The translations under genes were made by a program, and so were the position numbers. From contig CM000431.1 of NCBI GenBank assembly GCA_000165345.1, positions 704,001 through 768,000 on the forward strand: a DNA stretch of 64,000 nucleotides. The letters are read 5' to 3'. Shown piece after piece: positions 1-8,148 of the stretch (the first letter of the stretch is position 1; each line of letters opens with the position of its first letter). The notes under the pieces were generated by a model, which saw only the letters and a list, made by a program, of their open reading frames with translations, was not told the origin of the DNA and searched no databases.

Positions 1-1
1 A

Positions 2-466
2 ACAATAAACAACAAGAACTTAAATGAAAATAAAGGAATAATTGGAGTCACAGAACTCAACATTTGCCCAAAAGAACATTTTCCTACAAACACGAACTCA
101 TTAATAGCTTCAGTTTCTCTTACCGACATTATTTGCATTAATAACGATGCAAATGTAAAAGATAATTCTATTATCAAATATAATTATGACTCTCTAGATC
201 TTAATTATGAAATTAAACAAAATTTTGACTCCGAAGGTTCTTCGATACGAGATAAAGGTTATATTATTGATTCAATTATAGTCCGAAATCTAAAGAAAAA
301 TAAGACCCTTCATATTGATGATATTACCAGGAGGGTGATTAATCATAATGATGTACTGCTACATGGAAGCACTGAGCTTATTGTTGAGAGACTAGAAATG
401 CTCTGTCAAAAAGAGTTTGTTTCTAAAGATTTATTTTCGCAAAACCTATATAGCTACGTTCCATGA
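2..466 (+). CDS. 3' end of a gene that starts upstream of the window. The frame is open from position 2 to the TGA at 464-466. Hypothetical protein.
   Basis: Manual translation of frame 2 gives 154 codons without a stop (…GIIGVTELNICPKEHFPT…LEMLCQKEFVSKDLFSQNLYSYVP*). The ORF track omits it because it has no in-window Met start. Confidence 0.4.
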   Translation, partial: TINNKNLNENKGIIGVTELNICPKEHFPTNTNSLIASVSLTDIICINNDANVKDNSIIKYNYDSLDLNYEIKQNFDSEGSSIRDKGYIIDSIIVRNLKKNKTLHIDDITRRVINHNDVLLHGSTELIVERLEMLCQKEFVSKDLFSQNLYSYVP

Positions 467-479
467 ATAAAGATAACAA

Positions 480-1070
480 TTAACAAATATTTTCAGTGAG
501 CTGTGACTTTCTTGCAAGTCTTCGTTCTTTTTTTCTCACAAATTTCATCTTTTTTGCAATAATTTGCTCTTCAGACAAGTTAGAGCTTTTTCGCCTCTTA
601 TTTTTTCTATTTGATTGTTTGTTGGGAGTCAAGCCAGAGCTTAATGCATTTTTAGGGTTAATCTCATCTATAATTTTATCTCCATCTGTCAAATTATGAA
701 GAATATTGAATTTTTCTCTTATTTTCCTTGCATCTTCCTGTTTTTTTTGCCATTTTTCTACCATATTTAGATGTTGTTTAGATTTGATATGCTTATCAAG
801 ATCAGACTCATTAATAATTATTTTTTTGGGACAGAGAATGCATTTAAATTTCCCAATAAAGTCATATTCAACGGAATCAATGCTTTCAGTTTTTATATCT
901 TCATTTTTCAATAGAGAATCTGAATGTTCTTCAACGTTCTTTGGGGATTCATCTGAAAAGTCATCTCCATAAACTTTATTTATTTGTTTTTCAATATTTT
1001 CACGTAAATATTTACAATTTAATGAGTTTGAAAGCAAATCTGACGAAAATAATGCAACTCTCTTATACAT
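480..1070 (-). CDS. U1/matrin-type C2H2 zinc-finger protein, basic C-terminus, possibly a ZNF593/Bud20-like ribosome-biogenesis factor.
   Basis: Single C-x2-C-x13-H-x5-H finger (CILCPKKIIINESDLDKHIKSKQH) followed by a Lys/Arg-rich tail (RKNKRRKSS…KKMKFVRKKERRLARK). Family assigned from recalled motif only. Confidence 0.5.
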   Translation of the reverse strand: MYKRVALFSSDLLSNSLNCKYLRENIEKQINKVYGDDFSDESPKNVEEHSDSLLKNEDIKTESIDSVEYDFIGKFKCILCPKKIIINESDLDKHIKSKQHLNMVEKWQKKQEDARKIREKFNILHNLTDGDKIIDEINPKNALSSGLTPNKQSNRKNKRRKSSNLSEEQIIAKKMKFVRKKERRLARKSQLTENIC

Positions 1071-1140
1071 TATATCTATTTTGACAACTAATTTAAATAT
1101 TTGTAAAGCGCCGCTTTTATTAAAAAAAATTATTTTTAAT

Positions 1141-1875
1141 CTAATTATCTAATATTGATGAGGCACGATCACTAAGTTTTTGATAAATACGAAGCTCTTT
1201 TAAAATAGATAATATTTTTGTTATAGAAAAATTATCTTTCTCAAATTCGTTTTCCAAAGATTTAATACAATTATCGATCTTAAATTTGTTCTTTTTTGAT
1301 ATTTCATCAAAGTCTGTAATATTAAAATCGGCATTCGAAATTTCCATAATTTTGTCATCTATCTCAAATATCTGTTCTAATAAACTTGAGTTTACTGGAA
1401 TTGTATCCATTATATTTATTAAACTATCTCTTGTCATGCCACTCTTCAAAGATATCAATAATAGAGCTCTTTCAAATGGATCGTTCACAGTGTTATATTG
1501 TTTTATGATATGAATAGAAATATTTTCGTTTACATTGTTACTTACATCAGGATGCAACTTTCTCATTAGTTCTTTATAACTTAAATCAACACTTTTTTTG
1601 TTAATTGAAAATTTATTTTCAAGACCAAATAACTGGAATGCATTCATATTTAAAATTCCAGATAAATTTTCCTCATTTAATAGTTTAAAAGTTTTTCTCA
1701 TATCTGAATAATTGCTTTTATCTCTCAAATATCGATTCGTTTTAAAATTTGAATTTATCAGTAGATAAGAGCATGGGAATTGCTTAAAATAAGAAACTAA
1801 AATTTTGTAATTTGGAGCTAACTTTGATATTAAACGTGAAACCAAAAGTTTTTCATTGCTAATATTAAAGATCAT
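1141..1875 (-). CDS. HSCB: J-type co-chaperone HscB/Jac1 (Fe-S cluster assembly, mitochondrion/mitosome).
   Basis: J-domain with HPD (NAFQLFGLENKFSINKKSVDLSYKELMRKLHPDVS…) followed by the HscB-type helical C-domain (…NDPFERALLLISLKSG…). N-terminal 70 aa basic/hydroxylated, as expected for a targeting extension. Confidence 0.7.
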   Translation of the reverse strand: MIFNISNEKLLVSRLISKLAPNYKILVSYFKQFPCSYLLINSNFKTNRYLRDKSNYSDMRKTFKLLNEENLSGILNMNAFQLFGLENKFSINKKSVDLSYKELMRKLHPDVSNNVNENISIHIIKQYNTVNDPFERALLLISLKSGMTRDSLINIMDTIPVNSSLLEQIFEIDDKIMEISNADFNITDFDEISKKNKFKIDNCIKSLENEFEKDNFSITKILSILKELRIYQKLSDRASSILDN

Positions 1876-1907
1876 TAATCAATTCTAATTAGAATAAACA
1901 AATTCAA

Positions 1908-1923
1908 CTTGGCGGTAGCCGAC
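1908..1923. promoter_or_regulatory. TTGGCGG (E2F-like) element in the 89-bp divergent spacer between Jac1/HscB (-) and POP1 (+).
   Basis: cttggcggtagccgac at 1908-1923, the only GC-rich block in the spacer. Confidence 0.35.
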
Positions 1924-1964
1924 AATTAAGTCAAAAGTCTAATTAAATAATAATTGAGTTAATA

Positions 1965-4436
1965 ATGAACTCAAGGTTTGAATACCAGCTAAATCCATTA
2001 ACACTTACTTCTAGTAAAAATTCATTACCTCAAATTGTCAATGTTCCCCATCTATCTAGTGGCCGGAAGGATGAAATTTGTAGATATGTAAATTTCATTA
2101 AGAAAAGTAACTCTACAAAACGATGTTTTCAAAGACTTCCACCCGCAATTAGGCGTAGGTCAATGTCATATAATGTTTATAGAGCACCAAGGAAAATCAG
2201 GCCAACTCTTTTCTACGAAATGGCCAAAGCGCCTCCAAGGATTTCAAGAAAGAGAAGAAAAGAAAGGAAAAAGCTACCTTGGATCAGACGAAACCTTTTA
2301 CTTAGAGCGATTAATCGGGAAAATTTTTGTGGAAAAGAAATTCTCCCATTTAATATAAGGAATTCAAGTGATTTAAGCACTGCCTTCCGCAAAAAAGGAC
2401 AAAGAAGTACAAAACTGCCATTTAATCAGTTTAAGTGGATGGAATCGCATTTGTATCATTCAAAAAGATTCAAAATGTGCGATGCCTTTGGATACAAATT
2501 GCCAATATGCTCAACCTCAAAAAGAAACCGAAAAATTTATAGAGCATTTAAACATGAATTTGTTGTTCACGATTCATCATATTTACAGCTATTTGAATTA
2601 AATGGTGTTATAGAGGATATTTCTATATTATTTAAGCTTTGTAATTTTAATGTTGACTTTTTATTTAGCAATGATTATTTTAATACCAGCTATCGCGGAG
2701 GTGGATTCCTTTTTAAGCTAAAGGACAATATACTGGATAAAATGTCTATAAATACATTATTTCCTGAGAAAACGCATTTTTATTCTTGGGAAAGAATTGC
2801 TCCTATTGAGTTTTTATGGTCTCCATTCTGTAAAAATTGCGGATACAGTAAATCTCTTTGGGTTTGGATACATCCTATTGCTTCTCATCAACAATTTTTT
2901 TATTGGGAAAAATGCATTGAGATATTTGGTCTAGATGTTTGCATAAACCTAGTAGAAGATGTAAATAGATTTGAGTTTAGAGGCCCAAAATCTTTGAATT
3001 TTATTGAGTCATTTAGATTAAAACGTCCCCTTTCTCAAATTGAAAAATTTGTGGCTGAACAAGATTTTGTGAATAGTATTCACATTAAAGTACCACTAAC
3101 ATACAGTTCAAATAAATTACCTAATGAGGTTTTTAAGTCAAATAAATATCCAGCTTTAAAAGATAATTTTATGGGATGCTCACTTTTTTGCAAGAAATAT
3201 AGAGAAGCCATTCGAAGCCAATTTTTTTCTTCAAAAAATTTATTATATAACAAGCAAACAACAAAATGTGAAAAATATCACTCACCATTGATCAATATTC
3301 TAAATTACAGAAGTAGAAAGAGAAAGAATATAAAAACCCTTCTTTCAAACATTATGGAGAGGAACGAAAAGTTTAACTCTTCCTTAGGGTCCAATTCAAG
3401 TAGAAAAAGAGTACAACAGAAATTCGTTGTTTCAAAAGCGTTAATTATTATTCATCAAGGTTCAAACTTTGGTTTTGATCTTGTTTTTCCGCGTGGATTA
3501 AATTCATCATTGATATTAAGATATATGCACTTTTATTCTGCCCAAATTATTGGGATTGGAGAGAGAAGAAAACTATTTACTCAATTTGGAATTCCAATGT
3601 TTCCATTTGATTTCATTGAAACTTTAAGTAACCAAAAATTACAAATTTCTAACCCAATTTATACTGAATCAAAAGAGTTATTCGAGGAGTTATCTAATGA
3701 GGTAGTTAATTTCTCAAACTTTTTAAAAACTCCACCAAGTAAAAGGATAAACTATTTTTTTAATAAAATTGAGTTCCCTTTTCTGATCAATTGGAATAAA
3801 ATATTGAATTATTCATGTGAAGAATTTGTTACATTTCAAAATAACTTCTTAACACTTAATCAAATTGTTTCAACCTCAACTGCCAATAATCCGGATAAAA
3901 TTACAGAAGTTGAAAATTACAATATATTTGTTGCTAGGGTTGGATACAGAGGAACTAGAAAAGAGTATAAAAATGTATCTTCTTATATTCTAGAAAACCC
4001 AATAATGAAGCTAAGAACTTTAGTGCTAGTAAAAATTACATCACCACGTAAAATAAATCATAAAGCGCATATTTACATGTGTAACAAAGATGATATCAAA
4101 GAGATTAAAAGGAAAAATTATTTGACTGAAGAGCCTAATAAATATGGAAAGATTTCTTTGAAAGAAAATGCAACAAATCAACCTGAATTTTTCAATTTTA
4201 GAAACCCTGGTTTTTCCACCTTGAGGAAACTTGTGGGCATTGTTACAAGCGGAGGATACTCCATGCTTTTGAGAAAAGGAATAGGAATAGGCTATATTTC
4301 GCTTTTCTCATTTGATGAATCTTGTCTAGAACAAAACAAAGAATCATTTTTCTGGATTAGAGATCGCTGCCTTAGATATACTCCTGTTAATGTAGAAAAA
4401 TACAGTGCAACAAATCTTCATTTCAATATTTATTAA
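1965..4436 (+). CDS. POP1: RNase P / RNase MRP protein subunit POP1.
   Basis: Arg/Lys-rich N-terminal POP1 region (…APRKIRPTLFYEMAKAPPRISRKRRKERKKLP…). The signature block WMESHLYHSKRFKMCDAFGYKLPICSTSKRNRKIYRAFKHEFVVHDSSYLQLFELNG matches the conserved LETHxWHAKRFHM…GYKLP…YRA.KH…HD.SY core of POP1. Confidence 0.75.
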   Translation: MNSRFEYQLNPLTLTSSKNSLPQIVNVPHLSSGRKDEICRYVNFIKKSNSTKRCFQRLPPAIRRRSMSYNVYRAPRKIRPTLFYEMAKAPPRISRKRRKERKKLPWIRRNLLLRAINRENFCGKEILPFNIRNSSDLSTAFRKKGQRSTKLPFNQFKWMESHLYHSKRFKMCDAFGYKLPICSTSKRNRKIYRAFKHEFVVHDSSYLQLFELNGVIEDISILFKLCNFNVDFLFSNDYFNTSYRGGGFLFKLKDNILDKMSINTLFPEKTHFYSWERIAPIEFLWSPFCKNCGYSKSLWVWIHPIASHQQFFYWEKCIEIFGLDVCINLVEDVNRFEFRGPKSLNFIESFRLKRPLSQIEKFVAEQDFVNSIHIKVPLTYSSNKLPNEVFKSNKYPALKDNFMGCSLFCKKYREAIRSQFFSSKNLLYNKQTTKCEKYHSPLINILNYRSRKRKNIKTLLSNIMERNEKFNSSLGSNSSRKRVQQKFVVSKALIIIHQGSNFGFDLVFPRGLNSSLILRYMHFYSAQIIGIGERRKLFTQFGIPMFPFDFIETLSNQKLQISNPIYTESKELFEELSNEVVNFSNFLKTPPSKRINYFFNKIEFPFLINWNKILNYSCEEFVTFQNNFLTLNQIVSTSTANNPDKITEVENYNIFVARVGYRGTRKEYKNVSSYILENPIMKLRTLVLVKITSPRKINHKAHIYMCNKDDIKEIKRKNYLTEEPNKYGKISLKENATNQPEFFNFRNPGFSTLRKLVGIVTSGGYSMLLRKGIGIGYISLFSFDESCLEQNKESFFWIRDRCLRYTPVNVEKYSATNLHFNIY

Positions 4437-4437
4437 G

Positions 4438-5322
4438 TTATAGTAGTTTAATTTTAGGTTTTCTTTTCATTGACGAAACTTTTGATAACAATAATTTTGG
4501 GGATTTAGTAGATATTAAGTACGCTTTGGAACCAGAAGTTTCAGATGATTTACTTTCTTCTTTACACTCTAAGAAATGTCTCGGAAGGCTAATGATATAG
4601 CTTTTTGTATATTCCTTTGGTAAATTTGATGAATAGTCTCTAACATATTTGTATAACTTATTTTCAATTTTATTATAAAGTGAGAACCTTGTCGTGGGAT
4701 GATTCCAACCTTCGTCCAATTCAAGAATGGTGTCCATGCCCTCTTCCTGAGAATCAAGCATCACTTGGAATGTTGAGCAGTAATTCATATCTAAAGGTAT
4801 AATGTCTAGTATCGATACAGCTGTAACATTTTGTTTTATTGGATGCATTAGTTTTACTACTTGATCATCAGTTTCTATTGTACCCCTCTCCATACAAACA
4901 GACTGACTGGTAATATCGCATTCATTTGCTTTAGTGCCATAATAAACTCCAATTATTTCTTCATCTATTATTGCCAAATCATCTGACGATATATGATTTT
5001 TACGAGAGGGATTTTCAACCGCATCTTCGGCTTTAATTGAATCATTTGAAAAGCCTGCATTATGTCTAGGGATCATATTTATTTGCAAATTGTGTGTAAA
5101 TTCATATAGAGTTGTAAGGTATTCTTGAATACTGGCTTGGCTAATTGGAAAATTAATATATTCAGGTTCAGATGATAAAAAAGGTAGTTTAATTAAGCCC
5201 GAAAAAAACTCATGTTTGTATGGGAACGGCATATTAGAGTCTGATAAATTTGCAGATGAAACCTGAAGACTCTTACGAAAATAATCTGCAACATTATGAT
5301 TTAGCTTGCTTCTTAATTGCAT
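4438..5322 (-). CDS. Hypothetical protein (294 aa), no motif recognised.
   Basis: Long uninterrupted ORF in AT-rich DNA, convergent with POP1, the two stop codons separated by 1 nt. Composition typical of a real coding frame. Confidence 0.45.
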   Translation of the reverse strand: MQLRSKLNHNVADYFRKSLQVSSANLSDSNMPFPYKHEFFSGLIKLPFLSSEPEYINFPISQASIQEYLTTLYEFTHNLQINMIPRHNAGFSNDSIKAEDAVENPSRKNHISSDDLAIIDEEIIGVYYGTKANECDITSQSVCMERGTIETDDQVVKLMHPIKQNVTAVSILDIIPLDMNYCSTFQVMLDSQEEGMDTILELDEGWNHPTTRFSLYNKIENKLYKYVRDYSSNLPKEYTKSYIISLPRHFLECKEESKSSETSGSKAYLISTKSPKLLLSKVSSMKRKPKIKLL

Positions 5323-5598
5323 TTGAAAAAGAAAATGAGTTATAAAAAAAAAATATAAATTTTGGCTCCAGAAATATGCGCCTTAATAAGTTTAATCATG
5401 TAATGATTGACATTTCTATAAATCAAATCCAAACAAAATAATTATTCGGATCTTTGTCAATTTATCTCTGAAAATATTTTATTAAAACGTGCAAACAATC
5501 AATTTCAGTTCAAGAATAATACAGGATATGCAACTAGCGCCCGAATATATTTTTATATAAAAAAACACGCTACGCAAAACGACAAATTAATCTTCTAC

Positions 5599-6252
5599 AT
5601 GAAAAAAAATAACAAGTCAACATACCAAAAAACTAGAAAACTTGACAATTACTGTAATGTTTGCGAAAAAGGATTTATCAACAATGAAAAACATGTACAA
5701 CATATTTTAAATTTTCATGTCACTTGCAGTGAAGAAAATTGTAACTACTCTGCACCAAAAGAAATAATGCACTATCATAAACTAAAACATATTAATAATA
5801 ATGAAGGTAATAGCATTACAGAATCAACTGAAGAGATCGAAAAATGGTTAATTTGTAGGAAAATGAAGTTCCCTAGACCTGTATGTTCAAAGAACCATTC
5901 GATTAAAAGTCAAGATTCAAATGAGATTCTGCAAGATAATAAAAAAAAATGTCAAAGTACTCAAATTTCTGCATTGGAACATTATATAAGGATAAATATG
6001 AGTAATCAGTTACCGTTTTCCCGTTCTAAAAAGCTAAACAAGCCTTTAAATAAAAAGAATATTAATTATAATTCTAACTTAAAGGTACATAAAAATAAAA
6101 TGTATGGGGAAGCCTTTCCAGAAAACAAAAAAATACAGAAATCTCTTTTATTTAGACTATTTAAAAGTGAGATTCATATATATGAAAAGAAAATGATATC
6201 CGCCATTAATCACATATTAGAACGTTCTCATTTCAAAAATCTGTTGAATTAA
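5599..6252 (+). CDS. Hypothetical Cys/His-rich protein, possible C2H2-like zinc binding.
   Basis: CNVCEKGFINNEKHVQHILNFHVTCSEENCNYSAPKEIMHYHKLKH spacing suggests one or two C2H2-like knuckles; basic C-terminus. Confidence 0.4.
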   Translation: MKKNNKSTYQKTRKLDNYCNVCEKGFINNEKHVQHILNFHVTCSEENCNYSAPKEIMHYHKLKHINNNEGNSITESTEEIEKWLICRKMKFPRPVCSKNHSIKSQDSNEILQDNKKKCQSTQISALEHYIRINMSNQLPFSRSKKLNKPLNKKNINYNSNLKVHKNKMYGEAFPENKKIQKSLLFRLFKSEIHIYEKKMISAINHILERSHFKNLLN

Positions 6253-6271
6253 CGTTGAATCAAATATAATT

Positions 6272-6313
6272 GCTTTATTATTATTTATAAACGCTTTATT
6301 ATTATTTATAAAC
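6272..6313. repeat. Perfect tandem duplication of the 21-mer gctttattattatttataaac.
   Basis: 6272-6292 is repeated exactly at 6293-6313, in the 3' flank between convergent genes. Confidence 0.8.
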
Positions 6314-6599
6314 TTCTTAAAATTAATGACGTCCTTCCACTGCTTATAATATCATCATCCTTCTTATGATTATCGGATAATTTCCTATTCACAGCTTTCT
6401 TATTCTTTTTAAATTTCTTTCTTTCAATCGCTTTACTAATAATGTTTTTTTTATCAACTTTAATTTTATCCTTTTTTGAATTAAGGAGAGATACCTCTAC
6501 TAGACTTTCATTCTTGAAATTAATAGTTGTATCTATCCACGATTCTATGTTCAAATCTTCATCTAGAGAATTTCTAAAAGTTATTTCGGAAAGATCCAT
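6306..6599 (-). CDS. Small Lys-rich hypothetical protein (97 aa).
   Basis: Non-overlapping ORF in an intergenic gap. Basic tail (KKFKKNKKAVNRKLSDNHKK). Its 3' end abuts a 21-bp tandem duplication. Could be spurious. Confidence 0.3.
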   Translation of the reverse strand: MDLSEITFRNSLDEDLNIESWIDTTINFKNESLVEVSLLNSKKDKIKVDKKNIISKAIERKKFKKNKKAVNRKLSDNHKKDDDIISSGRTSLILRSL

Positions 6600-6783
6600 T
6601 TATAGATATTTTCTATATAATTAATAAATTATCCCGCGGCAAAATATTTGAAATAATCGAGTTACAGAATGAATACTAAATATAAAATTTATAACATCAA
6701 AATAGAAATTTAGGTGTACTAAGATATGGATTTGTTGTATAAATAATCTAAGGTAAACCTTATATTTATTATATCAAATTGTT

Positions 6784-7893
6784 TCAGTTGTCAATACTGA
6801 AAAACTGTCCGTTATTCACTTGTGTTGCAATTTTAGTTTCAAGCGCTAGTGTCCTAAACATGCTTGCAATATTATCATGTGGATTACCATTATTTATTCC
6901 GAATGGTGAATAGCTTCCTGTTGAATGTATGTTTCTATCCTCCTCACTAATGCTTTGGGTTCCTATTGTCTGCATCCCTAAACTTGGAAAACTACTTGCA
7001 ACTGAGTTTATTTTGCTTTGTGAAGATCTTTTCAAGTCTTGAAGAGCAACTTTTTTTCCTCTTCGTCCAATATTTGGCATTTCATTTGCATTTAATAAGG
7101 ATTCAGAAAACAACCAAGAAATGGCACGCCTAACCTCTATTAAATTTTGTGAAAGAAATTTTATAGAGGAAACTTTAGAACACCACTTAATATGATATTC
7201 AGCATGAGGGCCACAATAAAGTACCACTCCAAGAAAATTTGACAACTTTTTTTTTGATATTTCTTCAGCCAATCTCTCATTCAGAGCTACATCTGCAGAC
7301 GTAACAATCAACCTTTTACAACCATCCAGTTCATTGTTAACATCTAACAACTCCTTACAATTATCTGCAATGAAAACATACGCTCCAAGCGCCTCTACTT
7401 CTTCTTTGAAATTTTTTGCAACATTAATCCCTAAATTTGCTCTTAAAAATAATACAATCGACTTTACTTTGCTTTTAACTTTCACTTCACTATTGTGGAA
7501 ATAATTTGTAACAAAATTGGAATTAATTAATGAAGGCAGAAAATTATCTTTATTATAATAATCATGGCAAGTGTACTCAGCATCATTTACATGATTCATT
7601 CCGTTTATATTTGTGTTAATATTTGATGGTATGCATTCTTCAAAATATTTAGTGTTTTCTACACTATTGAAGTTAACCCAATTATTGATTCCATTAATTT
7701 CGTTTTTTTTGTTTAAAATAGATGAAATATCTTCGTTGTTGTATGTATTATCACTATAATAGTAACAATAACTCTCAAAATCAAGGTCGACTGTATTTCC
7801 TGTGGGTAGAGATAGTGCCAACGTTTCATTTTCCGAAATGCCCTGGCTAAATGAGTTTAAATTAATTAGTTTTTCAATATTAAAACCTGACAT
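6784..7893 (-). CDS. Hypothetical protein (369 aa), Asn-rich N-terminal half and a globular C-terminal half.
   Basis: Uninterrupted ORF. Upstream region at 7979-8003 carries two TGCATGC motifs. No family recognised. Confidence 0.5.
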   Translation of the reverse strand: MSGFNIEKLINLNSFSQGISENETLALSLPTGNTVDLDFESYCYYYSDNTYNNEDISSILNKKNEINGINNWVNFNSVENTKYFEECIPSNINTNINGMNHVNDAEYTCHDYYNKDNFLPSLINSNFVTNYFHNSEVKVKSKVKSIVLFLRANLGINVAKNFKEEVEALGAYVFIADNCKELLDVNNELDGCKRLIVTSADVALNERLAEEISKKKLSNFLGVVLYCGPHAEYHIKWCSKVSSIKFLSQNLIEVRRAISWLFSESLLNANEMPNIGRRGKKVALQDLKRSSQSKINSVASSFPSLGMQTIGTQSISEEDRNIHSTGSYSPFGINNGNPHDNIASMFRTLALETKIATQVNNGQFFSIDN

Positions 7894-7978
7894 ATCTTTA
7901 TTCTTCTGACTTATCTTTGTTATTAATATTAATTATTGAAGGTTTTTCGTATAGAAAGTTATGCAACTTTAAAAGTAT

Positions 7979-8003
7979 TGCATGCGAAATTTTGGTGCAT
8001 GCA
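7979..8003. promoter_or_regulatory. Two TGCATGC(A) motifs 85-110 bp upstream of the 6784..7893 (-) gene.
   Basis: ttgcatgcg at 7978-7986 and gtgcatgcacgcacatgcc at 7995-8013. GCATGC is a palindromic motif widely over-represented in apicomplexan (AP2-regulated) promoters. Confidence 0.4.
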
Positions 8004-8148
8004 CGCACATGCCAGGTCAAATACACTTTTTTCAGAAGTTAGAAATTAGTATAACTTTTTGGAAATGTTTATAACTCGTAATTGACAAATATCATATAAA
8101 CCTAAATCCTCCGTTCACCCCACTCCAGGTTTATAATGAAAACAATCA

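Noticed and set aside
496-972. Small ORFs on the + strand (496..699, 706..972) antisense to the zinc-finger gene. Similar nested ORFs occur at 1286..1513, 2173..2358, 4569..4757, 6442..6624, 8115..8297, 8395..8610, 9701..10120, 10536..10895, 14797..15021, 18434..18634, 19103..19315, 21999..22184, 22759..22977, 25272..25553, 26541..26855, 29625..29936, 30009..30218, 31335..31595, 38641..39045, 39922..40119, 40879..41097, 41313..41528, 44135..44329, 44640..44825, 44902..45156, 45547..45783, 46894..47238, 47320..47508, 50698..50952, 52408..52752, 61651..62124
   Set aside because: All are fully nested within, or antisense to, much longer ORFs that carry recognisable domains. Their translations are Phe/Leu/Ile/Ser-rich low-complexity strings typical of the reverse strand of Lys/Asn/Glu-rich coding DNA. 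None has an independent promoter-sized spacer.
6272-6313. Tandem 21-bp duplication as a CRISPR-like or minisatellite array.
   Set aside because: Only two copies, no spacers, AT-only sequence. Most simply a replication-slippage duplication in a 3' flank.
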